The notes below the pieces were generated by a model that was not told the DNA's origin, searched no databases, and was given only the letters and a program-made list of their open reading frames with translations. Positions 8,656-17,974 of a DNA stretch of 64,000 nucleotides are shown piece after piece (positions within the stretch are counted from its first letter, which is position 1; the number at the start of each line of letters is the position of its first letter). Location: the IMG/VR virus record IMGVR_UViG_3300037245_001773, positions 1 through 64,000 of that record. One strand, written 5' to 3'. The DNA is from a virus. The translations under genes and the position numbers were made by a program.

Positions 8656-9328
8656 TTTTATCCTTTTTTGATTGTTTGATACCCATAGCCCTGTGATAAT
8701 CGGGATATTTAAATTCAGAATAACACTCAGGAATATTTTCACTGGCGCACCAATCATAAATAGTCCTCCTTGATACACCGCAAGCGATAGCGGCGTCTTT
8801 CGATCTCTCATATACATAGCCATATATAAACCAACGCTTTGACGTCCTCCTATTTCCGCCGTTAACTTTACTGGTTGCCCACCTAACGTTTCCAGGCTCA
8901 TACCCTCTGTTGTTATTGATTCGGTCTATTTGGTGCTTTTTGCTCGGTGATGGCCCAATGTGTTTATAAAAAGCAAGGAAGTCATTTATCCATAATGTCG
9001 AAATATTGATTCCGCGACCTCCATAATTATGGTAGTCTGGGCTTTTCTTATTTAGGCACCTTTCTTTCAACTTACACCAGGCGGCATGTTCTTTTGTGTG
9101 CGACATGCCGTGTTTTGTGTTTGCGTTTTTGGTACTTTCTTTATTTAGGCACCCGCAACTTTTTGTTACCCCTTTTCTTAATCTATACCCAACAATTGAC
9201 ACCGTATTCCCACAATCACAAAGACACTCCCAGTAAACCTTTCTATTCTTATGAGAGTCTTGCCGAATAACTGTTAGCCGGCTAAACTTTTGTCTCGTTA
9301 AATCAATAAACCTATTTCCGCGTTTCAT
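8645..9328 (-). CDS. HNH-type homing endonuclease-like protein
   Basis: DLT..KF.RLTV, WECLCDCGN, KSCGC, YGGRGI, IDRINN..GYEPGNVRWA. Confidence 0.9.
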   Translation of the reverse strand: MKRGNRFIDLTRQKFSRLTVIRQDSHKNRKVYWECLCDCGNTVSIVGYRLRKGVTKSCGCLNKESTKNANTKHGMSHTKEHAAWCKLKERCLNKKSPDYHNYGGRGINISTLWINDFLAFYKHIGPSPSKKHQIDRINNNRGYEPGNVRWATSKVNGGNRRTSKRWFIYGYVYERSKDAAIACGVSRRTIYDWCASENIPECYSEFKYPDYHRAMGIKQSKKDKNGQ

Positions 9329-9470
9329 CTTTTTTCTTTTTCCCTTCTCTGATGAAATACAAGTCCAGACCCATGCGGACAACAACGGACATTTTCATCC
9401 CTGTTTCCTTGCAGTGATCTCGAAGTGTCTTCGACCTCTCGTCGTCTATGGTAAATGTTTCTCGTTTCAT
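9312..9470 (-). CDS. Ribbon-helix-helix regulator, 52 aa (manual), paralog of 1720-1878
   Basis: MKRETFTIDDERSKTLRDHCKETGMKMSVVVRMGLDLYF... Confidence 0.75.
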   Translation of the reverse strand: MKRETFTIDDERSKTLRDHCKETGMKMSVVVRMGLDLYFIREGKKKKDETRK

Positions 9471-9476
9471 AGTTAT

Positions 9477-9505
9477 AACTTATATGAATTATTATGAATA
9501 GTCAA
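9477..9505 (-). promoter_or_regulatory. Sigma70-type promoter, probably leaderless
   Basis: TTGACT-N17-TAAGTT, ATG 6 nt downstream; palindrome AGTTATAACT at 9471-9480. Confidence 0.55.
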
Positions 9506-9515
9506 GCTTTAATTA

Positions 9516-9932
9516 TCAAAAATTCAAAGCTATTTCCATTTCCAACTCTTCCCTGGTAGTATCTGGAATAAAGTATTTAAGAACGATATTGACCGCCTTA
9601 TTGTAAAAAGCGTTAAATTCGTCCTCATCCATCGAAACGAAAGAGATTGACTTAGGGACATAGACCACAACCCCTTTCATCGTGACGTGCTCTTGATAGT
9701 GTCCTGTCCTAAGTTTTATCTCTGTCAGAACATCGTTGAGCGTGTCGTATTTATCTTGATTTTCAAATACGATATTGAAGAGGGAAAAGGCTTTTTTGTG
9801 GAAACGGTAATTCCGGGGCTTTTTTACTTCGCAACTCAGGACTTCGCCTTGCTTCCACTTTTTCAGGACTTCGGCGGCTTCATTATCAGCTGGTTCCAGT
9901 TTCGATAGATTTTTGCGTAGATAAATTTTCAT
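9516..9932 (-). CDS. DUF1367-family (NinB-like) protein
   Basis: PRNYRFHKKAFSL...PKSISF..MD..EF..FY. Confidence 0.85.
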   Translation of the reverse strand: MKIYLRKNLSKLEPADNEAAEVLKKWKQGEVLSCEVKKPRNYRFHKKAFSLFNIVFENQDKYDTLNDVLTEIKLRTGHYQEHVTMKGVVVYVPKSISFVSMDEDEFNAFYNKAVNIVLKYFIPDTTREELEMEIALNF

Positions 9933-10219
9933 GTCATTGATTCAAGTGATTGCATTGCATCGATAAATTTGTACATGAATCTTTCTTCCTGCTCGGTTGT
10001 CTCACTCGGGAACGCCAACATAGCTTCTGAAATATGCGATATATGCCCGGCAGAGAAAACTTTAAATCCCATGATCTCAGGTATTACAAGGGCATTTTCA
10101 AGAACGCCCTGGTCGATTAACAATATGGCCTTGCTGAGATCAACCTTAAGACCTGTCTCAGTTTGTACGTCTCTCAGAGCTTGCCCGATTATCTCAACTA
10201 TTTTTGTTCTTTCGATCAT
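9929..10219 (-). CDS. Hypothetical protein
   Basis: Preceded by the repeated AATAGGTRGAGAT-ATG initiation element. Confidence 0.6.
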   Translation of the reverse strand: MIERTKIVEIIGQALRDVQTETGLKVDLSKAILLIDQGVLENALVIPEIMGFKVFSAGHISHISEAMLAFPSETTEQEERFMYKFIDAMQSLESMT

Positions 10220-10227
10220 ATCTCCAC

Positions 10228-10404
10228 CTATTCTGATTTAAGATTATCGAATAAATTAAATATCTCTTCGGATGTTCCGAAATACTCCAAGGCGGCATCA
10301 ACTCCAAACTCCCTGATAGCCGCCTCGAACTTTTCTACTCCGGTACCATATAGGATTTCTTCATGTCCGCAAGTTTCGCATTTGTCTAATTTAACGATAG
10401 ACAT
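10228..10404 (-). CDS. Hypothetical protein, 58 aa (manual)
   Basis: MSIVKLDKCETCGH...; same repeated initiation element. Confidence 0.6.
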   Translation of the reverse strand: MSIVKLDKCETCGHEEILYGTGVEKFEAAIREFGVDAALEYFGTSEEIFNLFDNLKSE

Positions 10405-10421
10405 ATCTCTACCTATTCGAG

Positions 10422-10694
10422 TTATTTATCATCCGAGTGAAGAAAATAGTGCATCATCTCAATGAATTCTCGACCTTTTTCGTCAAGATCATCGACCGAC
10501 ATAGCTATCCCCAAATGCGACTCAGGATAAATTTCACCCATCTTATTGATGAGCTTGGCCAGCGTGTCGGACATACCCTCGGAAAGAAGATCGATTATAT
10601 CCTCGGGCTTGATTGCGATTTGATGAGACTCAGTAACCATTGCGATTATTTCTTTTTGCTGGCCGTTATTTTTGTGAGACTCTGTAATTTTCAT
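10422..10694 (-). CDS. Hypothetical protein
   Basis: Same repeated initiation element. Confidence 0.6.
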   Translation of the reverse strand: MKITESHKNNGQQKEIIAMVTESHQIAIKPEDIIDLLSEGMSDTLAKLINKMGEIYPESHLGIAMSVDDLDEKGREFIEMMHYFLHSDDK

Positions 10695-10720
10695 ATCTCT
10701 ACCTATTGAGGTTATTAAAA

Positions 10721-11323
10721 TTAAGCTGCAAAAACTATTTCCATTTTATTTTCAATGGCACTGATCATCTTAGCGCCAGCGGTCAAACCGATCTCAAGCT
10801 TTTTGTACTTTTCAAGATCAGGAAGAACACGCTTGATAAAAATAATCTTGGCAAAATTAGGATTATAGGCCACAAAATCACACCACTCCTTTTCGCAAAT
10901 CATCATCTGCATTTGCATCTGCCAGATATCTTCCGGTTTCAGAGTCTCTTCAGTCAGTAGCCTGAAATACTCCTTATCATCCCTGGCTTTTATTTCTGCC
11001 ATCCCCCAATGCCCAACAAATAAATCAGGGGAACATCCTGAAAATTCGTCATGGATTACGAATCCTATTTTCTGGACTTCGTTTCCAGTTTCGGCAGCAT
11101 AAACAAAGGCCGCTGAGTCTTCAAGATCGTTTCCCCTTTTGGTATGGTGGTTTTGAAAATGATCAGGTTCAGCAATTGAATAATATTCCTGCATCATTTC
11201 CCTGGTATAAGTCACTAGCCCTTTTCCATTGGCAGCTATTGCCTGGGCGTGACTTGCAGACATACGTTTTTCTTTCAGCTTCCACCATTCCGGGGATTTC
11301 TGATCAACGTTAACTATCTGCAT
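10721..11323 (-). CDS. YqaJ / lambda-exonuclease family recombination exonuclease
   Basis: Q.SPEW...R.SAS, RG..LE..A, GCSPD, EIK, WQMQ.QM, WCDFV.Y.P. Confidence 0.92.
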   Translation of the reverse strand: MQIVNVDQKSPEWWKLKEKRMSASHAQAIAANGKGLVTYTREMMQEYYSIAEPDHFQNHHTKRGNDLEDSAAFVYAAETGNEVQKIGFVIHDEFSGCSPDLFVGHWGMAEIKARDDKEYFRLLTEETLKPEDIWQMQMQMMICEKEWCDFVAYNPNFAKIIFIKRVLPDLEKYKKLEIGLTAGAKMISAIENKMEIVFAA

Positions 11324-12125
11324 TCTGCAACTCCTTGACTATTTTATCTTTCCTGATTGCAAGTGCATCAACAAAGACTTGTGCAAATTTGTCGCGCTTG
11401 GCCACCTTCAGATGTTTCTGATAGTAGTCAACCGTGTCTTGTACGGTTTTAAGGGCTTCAATCTCTCCCTTCATTTCGATAGGAAAGCCGGTTGGCTGGT
11501 CAAGATCATAGTTCTCGTTGTCCAGTTTTTCAATACCCTCGTAGATATCATCAAAATGCTTCTTGCAAGCCTTTTTAATGACGGTCTTAAGGCACATTTC
11601 AATGAACCACTTTTTCCAGATATAATCAGTTTTTGCGACTTCCCTGTGCTTTTTTAGTTCATCCGAGCTTAACGTGGTGATGAATTCGCCACGTTTGTTT
11701 TTAATAACACAGTAAGCGCCAATGACTTTATCCTCTTTTTTGGAACTGAAAGAGTTTTCCATTACATGGGTGTAAAGGACTTTCCCTGATTCTTTTTTAG
11801 GGCTGAATTGATCCCCATCGTAAACGATATCCATGTCAATTTTTGACTCTGGGTAGGCCATCAGCATCTTGTTTCGATAGGCTACATAATCATAACTGAC
11901 GCCAGTTGCAAGAAGTGTGATATGGACACCATCAAAAGTCATTTCAGACAAAGACACAGCCTTAAAAATATCTGCCAATTGTTGATCACTTCTGTGCTGC
12001 ATCCATGGGTTTTTTGGTTGGTTGTCTTTCTTTTCGTTCTCAAGGTTCCAGCAGTATTTTGAAAAAACCTCTACGGCTGCCTGGTCGAAATCTTGAAGTA
12101 GTGCTGTTAGTGCTTGCGGGTTCAA
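11310..12125 (-). CDS. recT: RecT-family single-strand annealing protein
   Basis: VYDGDQF, VIGAYCVIK, W.KW..EMCLKTVIKKACK; adjacent to YqaJ. Confidence 0.88.
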   Translation of the reverse strand: MNPQALTALLQDFDQAAVEVFSKYCWNLENEKKDNQPKNPWMQHRSDQQLADIFKAVSLSEMTFDGVHITLLATGVSYDYVAYRNKMLMAYPESKIDMDIVYDGDQFSPKKESGKVLYTHVMENSFSSKKEDKVIGAYCVIKNKRGEFITTLSSDELKKHREVAKTDYIWKKWFIEMCLKTVIKKACKKHFDDIYEGIEKLDNENYDLDQPTGFPIEMKGEIEALKTVQDTVDYYQKHLKVAKRDKFAQVFVDALAIRKDKIVKELQNADS

Positions 12126-12263
12126 TTGATCTCCTGTAGGATAGTGGTTGTGTAGCGTTAGATTACGGCTTCGTCATCTTCAGAATGGCGAAGATTATTT
12201 ATTCCCTCGATCACCGTTGCGATAGCGATCATAGCGCAAAGACAAATATTTTCAGAATGTCAG

Positions 12264-12506
12264 TCATGGTTCAATCTCAAGTATCCAGCCTTTGCTTTTA
12301 ACCTGCGAAATTATGCCGCAAGCAGTCGGTGGTTGGCCATTTGATTTGTTTCCATTTCCGTCAACATCCACTGAAAAAAGCGTTTTCCCATCAGATTCAC
12401 GTATCAATGAAAACTTTCCTCTGTGGTGATCCCATTTGGCTATATCTCCGGGCTCTGCGTGTGCGACATTTGGCCAGATTGGATATGTGTTTTTAATAAC
12501 TTTCAT
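12264..12506 (-). CDS. Hypothetical protein
   Basis: ORF in the minus-strand operon. Confidence 0.5.
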   Translation of the reverse strand: MKVIKNTYPIWPNVAHAEPGDIAKWDHHRGKFSLIRESDGKTLFSVDVDGNGNKSNGQPPTACGIISQVKSKGWILEIEP

Positions 12507-12651
12507 TTATCCAACTCGTTTATAAGTTTGTCAGCCATCCAAACCGCATCAACAACCTTGGCTTCACTGTCCTGTTTTGGATTGTTTAGCAGGATGTATG
12601 ATTTAAGAATTTCTAGCGCCATTTCTGCCCGCTGTGCTTTTTCCCAATCTT

Positions 12652-12900
12652 TCATGATTCCCCCAAAAGTTTCTTGATATCACTGTCATAATAACCAGCC
12701 ATCCAAAAGAACTTTCCTTCTGTTGGCTCGATATTGTGTTCGGTTTTCAAATGTTTTTCCATGCTTGGAATGCACCCTCGGTTCTCCGGCGTGTACCCGC
12801 AAATTTTGCAACGGTATTTAGTTGAGTAGACAACTTCAATATGTTCCGCATCTTCGAACATTTCTTTTTGCTTCTCTGTCATCGGTTTGTGTCCGTTCAT
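12652..12900 (-). CDS. C2H2 zinc-finger protein
   Basis: YRCKICG...MEKHLKTEH. Confidence 0.7.
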   Translation of the reverse strand: MNGHKPMTEKQKEMFEDAEHIEVVYSTKYRCKICGYTPENRGCIPSMEKHLKTEHNIEPTEGKFFWMAGYYDSDIKKLLGES

Positions 12901-13322
12901 GCATCCCCTTTGAATTTATCAATATCCAATGGAAACAAAACGTTTTGACCTCTCTGAATATCATTCCAGGCATGGTACATTGCCCATGCCCAATTTGTGA
13001 CCTGATCTTTTTGTTCGGTCAGTTTTTCAAGCCTGCTTGACATTGCGCCTATTTCACCCTTTGCAATATCGCTTGATGCTTCGGCAACTTGACGAACAGC
13101 TTTATCAAGTGGGGTTGACGGTTTCTCAGGAGTATGGCTAATTGAACCATATGAACCCATGCTTGTCATTCCCTCTACGATCTGGTCTGCAACGTTTTTG
13201 ATAATTTTATCATTGCATGACAGATAATCGGCTATTTCTTCAACTTCATCAGGACCGAGTTTTTCAAGTATGTCTCTAAGGTCAAGAGTCACCTTGCCTC
13301 GATCAAATGTAACTTGGCTCAT
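12897..13322 (-). CDS. Hypothetical protein
   Basis: Coupled ORF, GGAGG RBS. Confidence 0.65.
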   Translation of the reverse strand: MSQVTFDRGKVTLDLRDILEKLGPDEVEEIADYLSCNDKIIKNVADQIVEGMTSMGSYGSISHTPEKPSTPLDKAVRQVAEASSDIAKGEIGAMSSRLEKLTEQKDQVTNWAWAMYHAWNDIQRGQNVLFPLDIDKFKGDA

Positions 13323-13588
13323 TTCGCCTCCGTTATTTGTTCACATAAATCCTTCAGAGCTTCATCTTTCGTTGATCCTGATCCGCTGAATTCGCCTAAA
13401 TCGATGGTATAAACTCCTGATGTGGCTAGTTTTGTCATCAGAATAGTGCAGAGCCAGGATTCCATGATTTCTGATTTGGAATAGATGGAAGGGATTGAAT
13501 CGAATATCTCGTGGGTTTCTTTCTCGAAATATTCAGGTGGTACAGTGCTATCATACCGTCTTTGCGCTGATTTGAATTGATCGCTCAT
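13319..13588 (-). CDS. Hypothetical protein
   Basis: Coupled ORF; AQ..YD...PPE N-terminus typical of phage hypotheticals. Confidence 0.6.
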   Translation of the reverse strand: MSDQFKSAQRRYDSTVPPEYFEKETHEIFDSIPSIYSKSEIMESWLCTILMTKLATSGVYTIDLGEFSGSGSTKDEALKDLCEQITEAK

Positions 13589-13773
13589 TACGCCCCTAAA
13601 TAAGTTTCAATCGTTTCTTTCACATCATCCCGCATCGGGGTATTGCCATCCAACATGTTCATAAAATGGGAATACGTTATACTGTTATTAGCCCTAACGT
13701 AGTTCGCCCAGAACCATTTAAACTTTCTGTCAATGTCTGGCAATTTCAACTTCATCATCAACTTTTCTTTCAT
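13588..13773 (-). CDS. Small putative DNA-binding protein, paralog of 5615-5821
   Basis: GAGGAG RBS; first gene after a TTGACT promoter; shared MRDDVK motif. Confidence 0.7.
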   Translation of the reverse strand: MKEKLMMKLKLPDIDRKFKWFWANYVRANNSITYSHFMNMLDGNTPMRDDVKETIETYLGA

Positions 13774-13832
13774 TTCTCCTCTTACGTTTAATTAATGTGT
13801 TGATTAATAATAATATGAATTATTAGTAAAAG

Positions 13833-14201
13833 TCAAGCTATTTTTTTCAATTTATTTTTACTAAACAACCACACTTCCCGGCATGTCTCAATATCAAACA
13901 TTCCAATATGACATTTATCTTTTGTAATTCCCAGGAAATCGGCCAACATTTTATATGATTCTGTTCTTGTGAAATGCTTTTTCTTCCACAGTCGGTCGAA
14001 TTCCTTGTGGGTTAATTGACGGGCTTTTTTAAGTTCTGCATTCGCCAATGTTCCAAGAGGCTTATCGGTTCCTTTATGACATCCAACGTGGGCATCGCAC
14101 CGGTAACAAATCCACATTTTGCCATAGCTTCGATATCGGTAAATATAAATAGAATCAATTAGCTCTGCTTCTTGATTGCAATATGGGCAAATTGGTATCA
14201 T
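13833..14201 (-). CDS. DUF3268-family zinc-finger protein
   Basis: CPYC, CDAHVGCH.GT..PLGTLA..ELK..R...H..FD.LW, CHIGMFD. Confidence 0.88.
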   Translation of the reverse strand: MIPICPYCNQEAELIDSIYIYRYRSYGKMWICYRCDAHVGCHKGTDKPLGTLANAELKKARQLTHKEFDRLWKKKHFTRTESYKMLADFLGITKDKCHIGMFDIETCREVWLFSKNKLKKIA

Positions 14202-14410
14202 ACCGATGCAGTCTTAAATTCAGGGTGTTGATCGACATTGGCCGTACCATCCCGCAAGTCTTTGATGAGTTCTTTTTCCTGACCGATAGAGCGGGTTTTT
14301 ACTTGCCAGTTTGCTGAGTTCTTGACCATTTGGGACCGTTCATCCATCAGGCGATTGATGCGTGAGCTTGCCTTAATGATAAGTCGATCTTTGTATGTTA
14401 GATTTTTCAT
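14198..14410 (-). CDS. Hypothetical protein
   Basis: Coupled ORF. Confidence 0.5.
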   Translation of the reverse strand: MKNLTYKDRLIIKASSRINRLMDERSQMVKNSANWQVKTRSIGQEKELIKDLRDGTANVDQHPEFKTASV

Positions 14411-14775
14411 CAGAACCTCAAATTGAATCTACCTGAATAAGGGGCCTTTTCCAATCTCCTGTATAGATTCGGAGGTTGTGAAGGCACTGAGAAAGTGAGA
14501 TAAAACTTTTTGGTGTGGACTTCTTTCATGTGCAACATTCCTTCTCTGTCCCAGTTTATAAAAACGATTGGGAATGCAAACAGAATTTCTGGTATTTCAA
14601 CCTCTGGAGAATAGGTTTCTAAATGAATGACATCGATGTCTTCAATACCAACATATCCTCCGGTAGAGGATTCAATTAATTCTACACCAGCTTGTTGGAT
14701 TTCTCGCAGGCATTCGTCAGTTGCTCCGGTTCCGTGTGAGTCTGTACTGGTAATCACATAAACTTTTTCTTGCAT
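14410..14775 (-). CDS. Hypothetical protein
   Basis: Coupled ORF. Confidence 0.5.
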   Translation of the reverse strand: MQEKVYVITSTDSHGTGATDECLREIQQAGVELIESSTGGYVGIEDIDVIHLETYSPEVEIPEILFAFPIVFINWDREGMLHMKEVHTKKFYLTFSVPSQPPNLYRRLEKAPYSGRFNLRF

Positions 14776-14968
14776 TTATCAGGCACCTTAAAAAAATATT
14801 TGAGTCAGAGACCAGAAAGCAAATGCCCACCCGCACAGGACCAGAACGCCGCCCGTCATCCAATAAAGCGTGTCATTCCACCATGTCAAAACGAGAATAG
14901 TCAAGATTGAGAAAATAAAATTGGCAAACATTGTACTACGTTTTTAAATTGTCCGCTACGTTTAGAGA

Positions 14969-15286
14969 TTAGAATCGCTTTAAGGGCTTTTTGGGGACTT
15001 CTGAAAGTGAATTTTTGATATCCTGCCATGCGTCTTCGTATTTTGCTTTTTCATCACCAGAACAGGACTTGCAAACATAAAGATCAGCCATTTCAAAACT
15101 GATATTTTCAGGCGTTAGCTCTATGCCGCATTCGTAGCAACATTTCTTTTTTACTGCAACCCCGTGAGGGATTAGTTCCAGAACCTTCCATCCGTTGCAT
15201 TTATCGGCACAGACACGGCGGGTTATTCCTGGGCCGTGGTAGCTTCTGACTTTTCCGCCGCAATCTGGACAGGTTTCGATTGTCAT
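14969..15286 (-). CDS. Double zinc-ribbon protein
   Basis: CPDCGG...C..KC and CYECG...CKSC. Confidence 0.65.
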   Translation of the reverse strand: MTIETCPDCGGKVRSYHGPGITRRVCADKCNGWKVLELIPHGVAVKKKCCYECGIELTPENISFEMADLYVCKSCSGDEKAKYEDAWQDIKNSLSEVPKKPLKRF

Positions 15287-15753
15287 GCCGGTTTTTCATT
15301 CAGAGTAACTTCGTCGACCATGCGTATAGCCTCATTAAATCCGTACTTCATGGCCTCATATCTGTCAGTGATATATAGATCCTCAAGACCGCAACCCATG
15401 GTTTCTGAATTATATTCAACGTCAGATAGCACAGTATCAAGGGCACTCCATGCAATTTTGTCCTGGTCATTTCTGGCGCTCATGATTGCGCCTGCTATTT
15501 GAAAGAGATTACCATCAACCGCACTTATTTCCGCCCCGTGAAGTCTGCAATACTCCATTGCTTCGCCGGCTGTTTTGAATTCACCCATGCTGGTTAATTC
15601 TTTGACGCGAGTATTGTCCTTTTCTTCTCTGACTTTTTCCAGCCAAATAAAAATACAACCCACTAAAACTGCCTGCTGAACGTTGGTTAATGCACATCCT
15701 GATTTTCTGAATGTGCTTTCTATTGAATCTATGATTTCGTTATTTGTTTTCAC
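15283..15753 (-). CDS. Hypothetical protein
   Basis: AAGGAG RBS; MGCGLED..ITDRYEAM.YG motif seen in phage proteins. Confidence 0.65.
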   Translation of the reverse strand: MKTNNEIIDSIESTFRKSGCALTNVQQAVLVGCIFIWLEKVREEKDNTRVKELTSMGEFKTAGEAMEYCRLHGAEISAVDGNLFQIAGAIMSARNDQDKIAWSALDTVLSDVEYNSETMGCGLEDLYITDRYEAMKYGFNEAIRMVDEVTLNEKPA

Positions 15754-16499
15754 AGGTTCTCCTTATTCCAATTTTTCACAAAAATAGTTTGATCTCTCCT
15801 TGAGACGTTTTTCTAGTCCCGGGATTGACATCAAATCAAGATCTTTGATTCTCTCGATGATATGTACATCTTCATTAAAAACATGATCGATCTGGTTTTC
15901 TATTTCGACTATGCTTTCGATGAGATTATCTTTTCTGCTCACGCTTTACCCTTTTCAATTGAAATACCCATTAAAAAACCTCGTGCCAAATCAACGGCTC
16001 CGCCAGTGCAAATATCATAAAATCCGCATTTATGGCAGTGCACGTTGAGGCATCCACGGTCATTGACTATCTGCTGAGCCTGTTCTGTTAGTTTTTGTTT
16101 TTCGGAAAGTCCCATGCTTTCTTCTCCAAATCGTTTTTATCACTCAGTGAATCAAGTCTGACAGTCTTCTTTTTTCCGTAAAGCTCAATCAATGCCGATT
16201 TTTTGCCACGTAGCTCAATGAAAGTGCATGGTGTCCTTGTTTTATTTACATTGTTCCAGTAGCCAGGGTCAGCGTAAATTATTCGATCATGTTTTTTAAA
16301 TGTTAATTTCTGACTCATTTGAATCACTCCCACATATGGCGCATTTCGTCTTTTGGCATCCAAAGAACACCTCTTATTTCACCTTCCCAGCTTACAGAAT
16401 GGTCCTGATAAGTCACTTTATGGCCTCCTGTCTCTTTGCATGAGTCTACCCACCATATTTCCCACTGTTCAGGCCATGAATCAATACCTTGATAAAATA

Positions 16500-16673
16500 T
16501 CATGTCTCCCGTGTGATTTTATTAGCCGGAAAATTTGCCTTTGCTTTTTTTAATGCAAAATGAATAACGCTTGATATAGTTCGACCCTCGTTTTTTGCTA
16601 TCTTGCGAATCCAATCGATTGTTTCCTTATCGGTTCTGGCGCTTACTTCTTCGCTTCTCGGTGCTGTTTTCAT
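16500..16673 (-). CDS. Ribbon-helix-helix regulator, 57 aa (manual)
   Basis: MKTAPRSEEVSARTDKETIDWIRKIAKNEGRTISSVIHFAL; AAGGA RBS. Confidence 0.7.
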   Translation of the reverse strand: MKTAPRSEEVSARTDKETIDWIRKIAKNEGRTISSVIHFALKKAKANFPANKITRET

Positions 16674-16775
16674 ATTCCTTTTTTGATTGTGTTTGGGATG
16701 TCAAGTCCCTTTTGTTTTAGGCTCTCACATTGACAATTTGAACCTTCCGGTTTTGTTTATGGTTGCCATGATTTG

Positions 16776-16804
16776 AATGTATAGGAGTTACACTTATCTG
16801 TCAA
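16776..16804 (-). promoter_or_regulatory. Sigma70-type promoter
   Basis: TTGACA-N17-TACATT. Confidence 0.65.
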
Positions 16805-16805
16805 G

Positions 16806-16824
16806 TAAAAAACACCTTTCGGTG
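16806..16824 (-). terminator. Rho-independent terminator after the moron genes
   Basis: CACC-GAAA-GGTG hairpin followed by a T run on the minus strand. Confidence 0.6.
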
Positions 16825-16834
16825 AATTTATTTT

Positions 16835-17221
16835 TTACTCGTCTTTCGGTATGTTATCCGTAGGCCCCTCGTAGATTTCAATTGGGTATAGCTCCCCGCC
16901 CCACGATGAGTTGATTAGTTCTGTTCTCTCTGTATCACCACCATAAATAGCCCACAAGACCCTTGACTGGCCTTTGTACTTTGCAAAATAGTGGTTCTGT
17001 TCGTTCAGTTCTCCCACTTGCGCCAGTTTCATACATTTGCCATACATCTCGATCATAAATATGAACAGCTTCTTTCTCCCGCGTTCATCTTCATGATAGT
17101 TTAACATATAGTGGCATTTAACCAGCTTTGGGGGCTCTTCTTTATCTTTATTGAACGGCCAAATAGCAAGCGCCGGGAATGATATCAATATGATTATGAT
17201 TGAAAGGAGTAGTTTTTTCAT
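16835..17221 (-). CDS. Exported protein (signal peptide)
   Basis: MKKLLLSIIIILISFPALA Sec signal. Confidence 0.75.
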   Translation of the reverse strand: MKKLLLSIIIILISFPALAIWPFNKDKEEPPKLVKCHYMLNYHEDERGRKKLFIFMIEMYGKCMKLAQVGELNEQNHYFAKYKGQSRVLWAIYGGDTERTELINSSWGGELYPIEIYEGPTDNIPKDE

Positions 17222-17901
17222 CTTGAAAGGGGGAATGATATTCCGACAAATCCGCCGACGTGTGAGGGGTTCCCGTCATTTTCTGCCGCTGTTGGGATTT
17301 CTTCTTTATCTGATGCCACCCGGACCCACTTGACCCCGGCGAAAAGATAGTTGCCTGCCCATGGTTGATTAAATTGTAGCCCTACCTCTGTCATCATGCC
17401 CAGGTCAGAAACGTCTTTCCCGTCCGAGTCGGTGGCCTCTATTAGTTTGCCCCACCCAAAATAAGCTTTCAAAGTCTGGAATAAATAAAAACCAGCGCCG
17501 ACAAACCCGTATTTTATATTGAACTTTTCGTCGTATACTGCATCCAATGACTGATTTATCTGGTAGCTTCTTTGGCCTAGAGTCCCATACCAGAAAGCCC
17601 TTGGGGATAGGTTGTGGACCACTGTTGCTTCTAGGTTGCCCGGAAAATAAAAGTCAAGTCTGTCGCCACCCGGGGTTTCAGCGAGTCCGAATCTTACCTC
17701 TAATTCTAAATCAAAGACATTTTCGCCCCTGTCAACATCGCCCCATGGTGTGTTCGGGTATGTCTGGCACGACTTTTGATTAACAGGATTGTACTCACTG
17801 ACAGTTTCCCTTATCTTCTGCCCATAAGAGTTTGAAAGTCCACCAGCAAAGACCGGGAATGAAAGAAAGGAAATTAGAAGTACAAGGATAAGCTTTTTCA
17901 T
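17218..17901 (-). CDS. Putative outer-membrane beta-barrel protein
   Basis: Signal peptide MKKLILVLLISFLSFPVFA; alternating amphipathic strands (YGFVGAGFYL, LKAYFGWG, EVGLQFN, GFVGISF). Confidence 0.65.
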   Translation of the reverse strand: MKKLILVLLISFLSFPVFAGGLSNSYGQKIRETVSEYNPVNQKSCQTYPNTPWGDVDRGENVFDLELEVRFGLAETPGGDRLDFYFPGNLEATVVHNLSPRAFWYGTLGQRSYQINQSLDAVYDEKFNIKYGFVGAGFYLFQTLKAYFGWGKLIEATDSDGKDVSDLGMMTEVGLQFNQPWAGNYLFAGVKWVRVASDKEEIPTAAENDGNPSHVGGFVGISFPLSR

Positions 17902-17918
17902 GGGATCCTCGTTTTTAA

Positions 17919-17947
17919 TTGACAAAAATTTAACTGTTGAGTATACT
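17919..17947 (+). promoter_or_regulatory. Near-consensus sigma70 promoter for the + strand gene
   Basis: TTGACA-N17-TATACT. Confidence 0.75.
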
Positions 17948-17974
17948 TTAAATTAAACCCTAACATAAAGCAAT

